Assembly (NCBI GenBank): GCA_049512315.1
Contig: JBEKXF010000003.1
Location: 62,001-126,000 of the forward strand
Direction: 5' to 3'
DNA: 64,000 nucleotides
Source: Candidatus Aminicenantales bacterium
GTDB lineage: Bacteria; Acidobacteriota; Aminicenantia; Aminicenantales; Saccharicenantaceae
In this document: piece by piece, positions 56,424-64,000 of the stretch
Position numbering within the stretch: position 1 is the stretch's first letter
How the letters are laid out: every line of letters begins with the position of its first letter
The notes under the pieces: model-generated
Database searches by the model: none
What the model was told of the DNA's origin: nothing
The model's input: only the letters and a program-made list of their open reading frames with translations
Made by a program: the position numbers and the translations under genes

Positions 56424-58000
56424 CAAAGAAGGCCTTTTGGGGGCTCTTTGCGTGCGCCGTCGTCGGCGCGCTCTTTCTCCGGACCTTTCGCCTGGACGTC
56501 CGGCCGATGCACAGCGACGAGGCCAATCAGGCGGTCAAGTTCGGCGACCTCCTCGAGCGGGGCGAGTACCGCTATGACCCGAAGGACCACCACGGACCCA
56601 CGCTCTATTACCTGACGCTCCCCGTGGCCAGAGCCCTTGCGGGGAAGTCGCTGGCCGCCGTCAGTGAAACGACCCTGCGACTCGTCCCGGCCATCTTCGG
56701 GACCGGGCTTCTTCTCCTTCTCCTCCTCTTTTTCGGCGGGCTCACCCGGGAGGCGGTTTTCTCCGCGGCATTCCTGGCGGGCCTTTCGCCGGCCCTGACC
56801 TATTACAGCCGGTTTTACATCCAGGAGATCGTCCTCGTCTTTTTCCTGGCCGGGCTCATGGCCGCGGGATGGAAATACTTCCAGACCCGGTCCGGATGGT
56901 GGGCGGCGGCGGCAGGCTTCGCCGCGGGGATGATGTACGCGACCAAGGAGACGTCCGTCATCCTTTTCGGCGCCATCGCGGGAGCCGCCGTGATCGACCA
57001 CCTCCTCCGCCCGAAACCAGCCAAGCCCCAGCCCCTGAAATGGCCTGCTGCCCTCCTTCATGTCGTGCTTTTCCTGGCCTCGGGTTCCATCACGGCCTGG
57101 CTTTTTTTCACGTCCTTCCTGAAGAATCCGAAGGGTCTGATCGATTCGGTCCACGCCTTCGGGATCTATTTCAGCCGGGCCGGAGAGGCCGGGGTCCACG
57201 CTCAGCCATGGTTCTATTACATCAAGACCCTGCTCTATTCGCAGTTCGGGCACGGCCCGGTCTGGAGCGAGGCCTTCATCGTGGCCCTGGCCGTCGCCGG
57301 CAGCATCTTCGCCTTCGGCTCGGAGCCGGGAAAAGACGGCCACCCACGGCTCGTCCGTTTCATTTTCTCCTTCACGGTCCTGGCCTTGGCCGCTTACTCC
57401 GTCATCCCCTATAAGACCCCCTGGAACCTCCTCCCATTCTATCTGGGTGTCATCCTCCTCGCCGGGAACGGGGCCGGATTGCTCTGGCGGGCGGGGAGAT
57501 TCATGGTCGTCAAGGTCATCGTCCTTTCCATCATGGCTCCCGGGATCCTCAACCTGGCCTACCAGGACCACCGGGCCAACTTCGTGGATTACGCGAACCC
57601 GACGAACCCCTACGTTTACGCCCAGACGATTCCCGACTTTATTAAGCTCATCCGGGCCGTCGAAGGGATCGCGGCCGGGCACCCCGAGCATGAGAGGATG
57701 TTGATCAAGGTCGTGGCCCCGCCCGACGAAACTTGGCCCCTGCCCTGGTACCTGCGTCGCTTTACGCGCGTCGGCTACTGGACGGACATCGCACAGGCGG
57801 GCGACCTGCGCGACGCGCCCGTCGTCATCGCCGCGGCCGCTTTTAGCGGGGAGGCCGGCCGGGACCTCGACAGCGGCTACCAGTCGGCGTTCTACGGGCT
57901 GCGGCCCGAGGTTGTTCTCTCGCTCTATGCGCGTCAGGACTTGTGGAATGCCTATCTCAAGGTCCGGACAGCGAAGGAATCGGCCAAGCCCGGCCGGTAA
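56420..58000 (+). CDS. TIGR03663/Agl23-like GT-C (PMT-like) membrane protein
   Basis: RPMHSDEA (DE motif), YDPKDHHGP, YYSRF, ATKE, YKTPW and WPLPWYLR; many TM segments; ATGA overlap. Confidence 0.82.
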   Translation: MTKKAFWGLFACAVVGALFLRTFRLDVRPMHSDEANQAVKFGDLLERGEYRYDPKDHHGPTLYYLTLPVARALAGKSLAAVSETTLRLVPAIFGTGLLLLLLLFFGGLTREAVFSAAFLAGLSPALTYYSRFYIQEIVLVFFLAGLMAAGWKYFQTRSGWWAAAAGFAAGMMYATKETSVILFGAIAGAAVIDHLLRPKPAKPQPLKWPAALLHVVLFLASGSITAWLFFTSFLKNPKGLIDSVHAFGIYFSRAGEAGVHAQPWFYYIKTLLYSQFGHGPVWSEAFIVALAVAGSIFAFGSEPGKDGHPRLVRFIFSFTVLALAAYSVIPYKTPWNLLPFYLGVILLAGNGAGLLWRAGRFMVVKVIVLSIMAPGILNLAYQDHRANFVDYANPTNPYVYAQTIPDFIKLIRAVEGIAAGHPEHERMLIKVVAPPDETWPLPWYLRRFTRVGYWTDIAQAGDLRDAPVVIAAAAFSGEAGRDLDSGYQSAFYGLRPEVVLSLYARQDLWNAYLKVRTAKESAKPGR

Positions 58001-58024
58001 CGCTGGAGGCCGGGGGACCATGTA

Positions 58025-58723
58025 TCATAAGTCGTCGAGATCCAGCTCGAAACCGTCATAGCCTGCCCGGACCGTGACGCCGTTTTTCTTTCCGAGTGTG
58101 GCCAGCATCCGCCTCGATTTCCGGGCACCCTCGTAAAACCAGGCCCCGAAGTGCATGAAGAGGATGTTCTCGGTGAATTTTCCGAAGAGCTCGATCAGGT
58201 TCGGCACGCCGGCATGCCCGAAGGCCATTCCGCTGGCCCGATCGCGCCGGATCATCCCGCCCTTGCGGAGGAAGCTGGCCTCGGTCACGACGAGGTTGAT
58301 CCCCTGGAGGAGCGGATGATACTCTTTGTTGATCCAGAACAGGTCGCCCGTGTAAAGAAGCCGCCGGCGCCCTTTCTCCACGAGGTAGGCGGTGGATTTC
58401 ACCTTGAGACTGTGGTGGGTCGGGATGGCGCGGATCGAGTAGCCGCGAAATGCCATTTCGCCGGGGAAGACCTCGACCTCGGGGACGGCGGGGCGCCTTT
58501 CCGGCGCGTAGACCGGGACGCCGAGCCTCGCAGGCCTCGTGATGAAAAACGCGTGGTCGGGATGGAGATGGGTAATGAAAACCCCCCACGGTTTCGAATC
58601 CAGGAATTCTTTTTCGCCGAGATCGAAAAGCAGGCGCCCGTCGACGAGGAGTCCCGAATGCCGGGAATGGCGGGGCGCGGATTCCTGGATTTCTCCCCTG
58701 GTTCCGAGCACTTTGATTTTCAT
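58025..58723 (-). CDS. MBL-fold metallo-hydrolase
   Basis: KIKVLGT, FDLG, THLHPDH (HxHxDH), THHS and YTGD. Confidence 0.85.
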   Translation of the reverse strand: MKIKVLGTRGEIQESAPRHSRHSGLLVDGRLLFDLGEKEFLDSKPWGVFITHLHPDHAFFITRPARLGVPVYAPERRPAVPEVEVFPGEMAFRGYSIRAIPTHHSLKVKSTAYLVEKGRRRLLYTGDLFWINKEYHPLLQGINLVVTEASFLRKGGMIRRDRASGMAFGHAGVPNLIELFGKFTENILFMHFGAWFYEGARKSRRMLATLGKKNGVTVRAGYDGFELDLDDL

Positions 58724-59670
58724 TCCGGCTTCCTGGCTTTCGGGTCCTCCCTGGGGAGCGTCTTTTCCAGCCGCCCCGTTGACTTGGCGCCGGTCTGGAA
58801 CTTGATCAGCGCCCCGGCGGCCTCGTCGCAGGCCTTGAAGGCGGCCTGCCCGCCCTGGTTGCAGACCACAAGGACCGCGAAGTCGCGGAGGGGCGCGATC
58901 CAAACGACGGCGAAGTTCATGGTGTTGCTACCGTTGTGTGACAGGACCGTTCCGCCTCCCCACTCACGCTCGACGGCCAGCCATCCCAGAGCGTATTCGC
59001 CGCCGAAGGGCGGCGTCTGGAGTTTTTTGTACGTTTCGGGCTTGAACAGGGCTTTCTCGCCCTTGGCGCCCCGGAGCTGGTCGGCGACGAATTTCACCCA
59101 ATCGGCAAGGGGGGCGTGGACCGTGCCCGCCGGCCCCATGACGGGGGGGTTATCCACGTCCGGACCGTTTCTTTCGACGGGCGTGCCGCCCGCGCCGTGG
59201 GGCCATGGCTGGTCGAGCAAGCCGGACGTGTCCACGCCGCCGAACCCGGCGCCCGTCATGCCCAGCGGTTCGAAGATCTGCTTCTTCATCAGGCTTTCCC
59301 ACGAATCATCCGCCACCTTCTCAGCCATCGCCCCGGCGATGACGTAGCCCAGGTTCGAGTAAAGGTAACTGGTTCCCGGTTCGGCGATGGGCTTTATCGA
59401 GGCCAACATCCTGATCACGGCCAGGCGTTGGTTCCTGGTCGCCCCGTTGCGCGGGACGAGGCCCCAGGGAATATTGGCGGGAAGACCGGCGCGATGCGAG
59501 AGCAGATGGAGGAGCGTGACTTTTTGGAGGGCGGGGACTCCGTGTTTCAGCCGGATGGGCTCGAGCAGAGCGTTCAAACGCTTATCGGCGGCCGCGCTCT
59601 GGCCGTGCGCGGACAGCCCCGCTCCCAGCACGAGGACGGCGGCCGTCGAGGCAGCCAGGACTTTCCACAT
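58720..59670 (-). pseudogene. Serine hydrolase (beta-lactamase-like) with an in-frame deletion removing SxxK
   Basis: Signal peptide, then HGVPAL joined directly to QKVTLLHLLSHRAGLP. YSN and HNGS are retained, but the segment with the catalytic SxxK is absent. Confidence 0.75.
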
Positions 59671-59734
59671 TCTCAGGGGCTCCTGGGTTCCGCAGGCCGT
59701 CGCCGGCAGGCGGTTTTCGGAAGGATCACGGGGA

Positions 59735-60958
59735 TCAGGCCTTGGCGGCCACGACCCGGTCCCGCCCCTCCCCCTTGGCCTGGTAGAGACACTCGTCCGC
59801 CTTCCGGACCAGGGCCTCCGGCTCGCGCTCATGGGTCGCCTGGATCGTGGCGGCCCCCACGCTGATCGTAACGTCCTTCGCCACGGTGGACCCGGTGTGG
59901 GGAATCGTCAGGCCTCGGACCGTCTGGCAGATCCGCTCGGCGACATGCTGAGCGCCCTCGAGCCCCGTGTCCTGGAGGATAACGGCAAATTCTTCGCCGC
60001 CGTAGCGGGCCGCGTAGTCTCCGGGGCGACGGGCCGAGCCCTGGACCGCCCGGGCGATCTTGATCAGACACTCGTCCCCGGCCTGGTGGCCGTAGGTGTC
60101 GTTGTAGGCCTTGAAGTTGTCGACGTCGCAGAGAAGGAGCGTCAGCGGGCGGCTGGTCCGGACCATGCGGCGCCAGCCCCGCTTCAATTCCTGCTCGAAC
60201 ATCCGCCGGTTGGGGATCTTGGTGAGGTCGTCGACCTCGGCCAGCCCCTTGAGCTCTTCGTTCCTCTCGTTCAGCTCCTGGTTGGCCCTCCGCCCCTTCT
60301 CCTGCTCCTCCCGGAGGAGGCGGGCCATCACGAAGTCCGTCCGGGCGTATCGTTCGATCGAGTAGCAAGCGAGCATGCCCAGGAGATTCGACCCGATGAA
60401 AAAGAAGTTGTGGGTCCAGATGACCGGAGCCGGGAAATGAAGGGAACCGAGGGTCAGGATCTCGTAGGCCGCGACGATCAGCCAGCCCGTGAGCGTGGCC
60501 CAGATGAAGCGCACCCGGGACCAGGTGTAGAGGACAATGAAGACCATGATCAAGCCCGCGTAATAGGAGTGCTGCGCTTCTCCCTGGACGATTCCGATCA
60601 TGGCCACGATGCCCAGCCCGGCGATCAGGCACCACAGGGAGAGGGCCCCCTGCCAGACCCGGCGGAACGCGCGGACGTACGTCAGCAGGAAAAGGAGGAC
60701 GCTGACCGGCAGGAAGCCGGCGAAACGGATCGCCACGAGCGTCTTGATCGCGGCCGGGGCGACGATCGCGTCCAGGATCCCGAATCCGGAGTAAAACAGG
60801 GCGCCGACGATAATCGTTAGACGGATCTGGCCCAGGGACTTCTCGAGGAAGTCGTCCATGAACTCCCGTTCGGCCGGAGGGTCGAACGAGAGGGTAAAAG
60901 AATGCCTCGGGGGACTCGGGACGTCCCCGGCTGTCGGGTCGCTCATCATCCTTCCCAT
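59735..60958 (-). CDS. Membrane-bound diguanylate cyclase (GGDEF)
   Basis: About 6 N-terminal TM segments, coiled coil, DDLTKIPNRR, DVDNFKAYND.YGH, RPGD I-site and YGGEEF; exact start uncertain. Confidence 0.93.
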   Translation of the reverse strand: MGRMMSDPTAGDVPSPPRHSFTLSFDPPAEREFMDDFLEKSLGQIRLTIIVGALFYSGFGILDAIVAPAAIKTLVAIRFAGFLPVSVLLFLLTYVRAFRRVWQGALSLWCLIAGLGIVAMIGIVQGEAQHSYYAGLIMVFIVLYTWSRVRFIWATLTGWLIVAAYEILTLGSLHFPAPVIWTHNFFFIGSNLLGMLACYSIERYARTDFVMARLLREEQEKGRRANQELNERNEELKGLAEVDDLTKIPNRRMFEQELKRGWRRMVRTSRPLTLLLCDVDNFKAYNDTYGHQAGDECLIKIARAVQGSARRPGDYAARYGGEEFAVILQDTGLEGAQHVAERICQTVRGLTIPHTGSTVAKDVTISVGAATIQATHEREPEALVRKADECLYQAKGEGRDRVVAAKA

Positions 60959-60994
60959 CCTTTCGCGGGCGTCGGGGCGCGGGACCTCACGGTC

Positions 60995-61738
60995 TCATTC
61001 GATGACGTGCGCGGCCCAGAGCAGGCCCCGCTTGACGATTTCCCGTGCTTCCGGGACGTTGAAATCCGCGGCCACGTGGCCGAGCGATGTGTAAAAGACG
61101 CGGCCCTGGCCGTAATGTTTCTTCCAGACGGCGGGCATGACCACCCCCTTGGTCCACGGCGCATACTGTCCCGAGAACGTCGTCGTCGCCAGGACCTCAT
61201 TGAGCGGGTCGACCAGCATGTAATACTGCTCGGATTTCATATGGAACCGCTTCCGGAGACCCTTGACGATCGGGTCGGACGGCTTGGTGATATCGACGTC
61301 GTAATCGATGATCCCGCCCGGATGGGCGACCCACTGGCCGCCGACCATGAACTGGTATTCGACATTGGAACGGAAGGAGTCGGCCAGGCCGCCGTGCCAG
61401 CCGGCCAGCCCGACGCCGTTTTTTACGGCCTCTTCGAGGTTGCGTTCCTGCTCGGGCTTGATGCTGCCCTGCGTGTAGACCTGGACGATGAGATCCAACG
61501 ATTTGAGCTTTTCGAGGTCGAGGTAGGCATCGAGCGAGTTGGAGATTTCGACCTTGAAGCCCTGGGACTCCAGCCAGGGGGCGAAAATGTCAACGCATTG
61601 CTTGGGCTCGTGGCCTTCCCAGCCGCCCCAAACGAAAATGGCGGTCTTTTGTTTTTTCGGTGTCTGGACGGGCCCGGCGAGCGCGATGGCGCCGCACAGG
61701 CCGACGATGAGTACGATCAGGATCAGGCCTTTTTTCAT
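60995..61738 (-). CDS. ThuA domain-containing protein (secreted)
   Basis: Signal peptide; [28 protein letters not shown] and [10 protein letters not shown]. Confidence 0.9.
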   Translation of the reverse strand: MKKGLILIVLIVGLCGAIALAGPVQTPKKQKTAIFVWGGWEGHEPKQCVDIFAPWLESQGFKVEISNSLDAYLDLEKLKSLDLIVQVYTQGSIKPEQERNLEEAVKNGVGLAGWHGGLADSFRSNVEYQFMVGGQWVAHPGGIIDYDVDITKPSDPIVKGLRKRFHMKSEQYYMLVDPLNEVLATTTFSGQYAPWTKGVVMPAVWKKHYGQGRVFYTSLGHVAADFNVPEAREIVKRGLLWAAHVIE

Positions 61739-61817
61739 TTTTCTCTCTCTCAACCGTCCGTTCCTTGTCTGGACGATCTCTGCCGCCCTCTTCACGCCGA
61801 GCGGGCGAACGGGAAAC

Positions 61818-62567
61818 TCACTCCAGGTTCCGGATCCAGATGTTCCGGTAGCGGACGGGGTGACCATGATCCTGGAGGGAAATCGGGAGCTTGTCGGCAT
61901 GCATCTTGTAGGGAGGCCGGGCCTTGTAGGCCGTCGGCCCCGTCAGCTGGGCGCACTCGTGGACGAGGACACCGTTGTGGAAGACGGTCATCCGGGCCGG
62001 GGCGAGGAGCTTCCCGTCCTTGCCGAACCGCGGCCTATGGAACACGATGTCGTAGGTCTGCCACTCCCCCGGAGGCCGGCAGGCATTGACCAGGGGCGGA
62101 AATTGGCCGTAGATGGCCGCGGTCTGGCCGTCTGCGTAGGTCTTGTTGTTGTAGCAGTCGAGGACCTGGACCTCATAAAGGTCCATGAGGAAGACGCCGC
62201 TGTTGCCTCGGTCCTGGCCATCACCCTTGGCCGGTGACGGCGCCATCCACTCGACGTGGAGCTGGCAGTCGCCGAACCCCTTGACGGTCCGGATCGAGCC
62301 GGTCTTGGGCACGACCTCGAAATAGCCGTTCTCGACCTTCCATTGGGCCGGGAGGCCCTTGGCGTCCGACCATTGGTTGAGGCTCTTGCCGCCGAACAGA
62401 ACGACGGCGTCCGAGGGCGGCGGGACGGCCGGCCCGGCCGGGCCAGGCGTGACGACGGGGGCCATGGGACGGTCGGGGTCGTGGACCGGCCACTTGTCTT
62501 GGGCCCCGGCCTGGGAAAACAAGGCCAGCGCCGCGCATACGATCAGAATCCCGCAGCGGTTTTTCAT
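61818..62567 (-). CDS. DUF1080 (3-keto-disaccharide hydrolase family) protein
   Basis: Signal peptide; [35 protein letters not shown] and LQDHG..VRYRNIW. Confidence 0.93.
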   Translation of the reverse strand: MKNRCGILIVCAALALFSQAGAQDKWPVHDPDRPMAPVVTPGPAGPAVPPPSDAVVLFGGKSLNQWSDAKGLPAQWKVENGYFEVVPKTGSIRTVKGFGDCQLHVEWMAPSPAKGDGQDRGNSGVFLMDLYEVQVLDCYNNKTYADGQTAAIYGQFPPLVNACRPPGEWQTYDIVFHRPRFGKDGKLLAPARMTVFHNGVLVHECAQLTGPTAYKARPPYKMHADKLPISLQDHGHPVRYRNIWIRNLE

Positions 62568-62590
62568 GCTGTCACCTCGATCGATCAGGA

Positions 62591-62616
62591 GGACAGCCCC
62601 CTCCGGGGGGACGGTC
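62591..62616. repeat. REP-like hairpin
   Basis: GGACAGCCCCCTCCGGGGGGACGGTC, near-identical to 9495-9521. Confidence 0.65.
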
Positions 62617-62640
62617 GTTCGTTTTCTCTCTTTTCTTGGA

Positions 62641-63999
62641 TCACAGGCTCCAGCCGGGGCGGTAGTCGAAGTGGAGGAACTGGTTCGCTTCCGGCAGGTT
62701 CGTGAATTCCATCTTCTCCCCGTTCCAGAGGAGCTTCATGTTCTTGTCCTTGAGCCGGACGGCGACGTTAGCTAGGAGCATGACCTCGGTGAGCGGGCCC
62801 GCATACGAGAAGTCGGTCGTCGACTTCGCCCCTTTTTTGATGGCCTCTATCCACTCTTCCCGGATGCCGGGCGAGCGGGGGATGGTCTTCTCCGGCCGCT
62901 TGTACTCCTGCATCCGGGACTCGGGGATAAGCCGGGGGTTTTCACCGTAGGTGCCGCACATCAGGAGGCCCTTGTCGCCGCGGAAGAGGACGCCGCCGCC
63001 CTCATCGCCCATCAGCCGGCCGTCCTCGAGCTCCGCCGGCCGCGGCGGGGTCAACCCGCCGTCCCACCAGGTCAGCTTGACGGGCCCCATGCTGCCGCGC
63101 GCGGGGAACTCGTATGTGACGACCTCGGCCCACGGATAACAATCCTTGGTAAACGGCGTCGAGCTCGCCTGGACGCTCGTCGGGTAGCCGAGCTTCAGCG
63201 CCCAGAACGGCTGGTCAAGCAGGTGGGCGCCCATATCGCCCAGGGCGCCGGTGCCGAAGTCCCAGAAGCCGCGCCAGGCGAAGGGATGGTAGGCGGGGTG
63301 GTAGGGCCGGAACGGAGCTGGCCCGAGCCAGACGTCCCAGTCCAGGGTCGAGGGCACGGAGGGAATCTCTTTCGGGGCATCGATCCCCTGCGGCCAGATG
63401 GGACGATTGGTCCAGACGTGGACTTCATTGACGTTGCCGATCGCCCCGTCCCAAATCCACTCGCAGATCAGGCGCGCGCCTTCCTTGGAGTGTCCCTGGT
63501 TGCCCATCTGGGTGACGACGTTCGCGTCCTTGGCCGCCTTGGCCAGCATCCGGGCTTCCTTGATCGTGTGGGCCAGGGGCTTCTGCACGTAAACGTGCTT
63601 CCCCAGCCTGATGGCGGCCATGGCGATGACCGTGTGGTTGTGGTCCGGCACGGTCACCGTGAGGGCGTCGATCCCTTTTTCCTTCTCCAGCATCCGGCGG
63701 AAATCGCGGTACTTGGTCGCCTTCTCGTACATGGCCTTTTCTTTGGGCTCGAGCTCTTCGGACCGGAGGAGCTTGGCCATCTGCTCGTCGTCCACGTCGC
63801 AGAGGGCGACAATGTTTTCCGAACGGACGCCGCGGGTGTCGGAAAAGCCCATGCCGCCGACGCCGACGCAGGCGATGTTCAGGGTATCGCTCGGGGCCTT
63901 CTTCTTCTGGGTCGCCCCGACGACGTGCCGCGGCACGACCATGATGCCGGCCGCCGCGGCCGCCGAGGAGCTCAGAAACTTGCGACGGGAATAGGTCTT
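62641..63999 (-). CDS. Tat-exported Gfo/Idh/MocA oxidoreductase (5' partial)
   Basis: Frame open to the window edge with SRRKFL; VGVGGMG, VPDHNH, VQKPL, TQMGNQG and GDMGAH. Confidence 0.93.
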   Translation of the reverse strand, partial: KTYSRRKFLSSSAAAAAGIMVVPRHVVGATQKKKAPSDTLNIACVGVGGMGFSDTRGVRSENIVALCDVDDEQMAKLLRSEELEPKEKAMYEKATKYRDFRRMLEKEKGIDALTVTVPDHNHTVIAMAAIRLGKHVYVQKPLAHTIKEARMLAKAAKDANVVTQMGNQGHSKEGARLICEWIWDGAIGNVNEVHVWTNRPIWPQGIDAPKEIPSVPSTLDWDVWLGPAPFRPYHPAYHPFAWRGFWDFGTGALGDMGAHLLDQPFWALKLGYPTSVQASSTPFTKDCYPWAEVVTYEFPARGSMGPVKLTWWDGGLTPPRPAELEDGRLMGDEGGGVLFRGDKGLLMCGTYGENPRLIPESRMQEYKRPEKTIPRSPGIREEWIEAIKKGAKSTTDFSYAGPLTEVMLLANVAVRLKDKNMKLLWNGEKMEFTNLPEANQFLHFDYRPGWSL

Positions 64000-64000
64000 C

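Noticed and set aside
1..64000. CRISPR array, cas genes, integrase/transposase, prophage, rRNA or tRNA
   Set aside because: No regularly spaced direct repeats, no relevant protein motifs and no RNA gene signatures were seen.

Overview
GC-rich bacterial chromosomal window with about 54 genes. I saw no rRNA, tRNA, CRISPR array, transposase, integrase or prophage gene. The gene content suggests an anaerobic Gram-negative peptide and glycan degrader; Candidatus Aminicenantes or another Acidobacteriota-like lineage is my guess and is unverified. The left half encodes transporters (APC, sugar porter, POT, NhaC, SSS), an Mla/MCE ABC system, peptidases (tandem M14, S8, S12-like, IadA), two URO-D-family proteins, a malectin-containing putative glycoside hydrolase and a GH29 fucosidase. 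The right half is dominated by sugar-oxidation genes: five Gfo/Idh/MocA dehydrogenases (four with twin-arginine signals), two TIM-barrel isomerase-family proteins, an SDR, a HEAT protein, ThuA and DUF1080. The best candidate for an undescribed system is a translationally coupled trio (48060-52512) of a Tat-exported Gfo/Idh/MocA dehydrogenase, a membrane-anchored 7-heme cytochrome c and a cytochrome-b-like membrane protein. ApbE, a discoidin-like protein and a TIGR03663 GT-C-like gene lie about 2 kb further on. Notable non-coding signals are a three-copy ~90-115 bp dispersed element with a covarying hairpin, two inverted 31-bp palindromic sites around a promoter (38810-38922), a family of REP-like GGGGACA/TGTCCCC hairpins, an Xre operator pair and several apparently leaderless genes. 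Three damaged genes or remnants are present: a frameshifted CAAX protease, a serine hydrolase lacking SxxK, and an orphan C-terminal fragment resembling PEP/pyruvate-binding-domain proteins. All product calls come from motif recognition by eye; no database searches were run.
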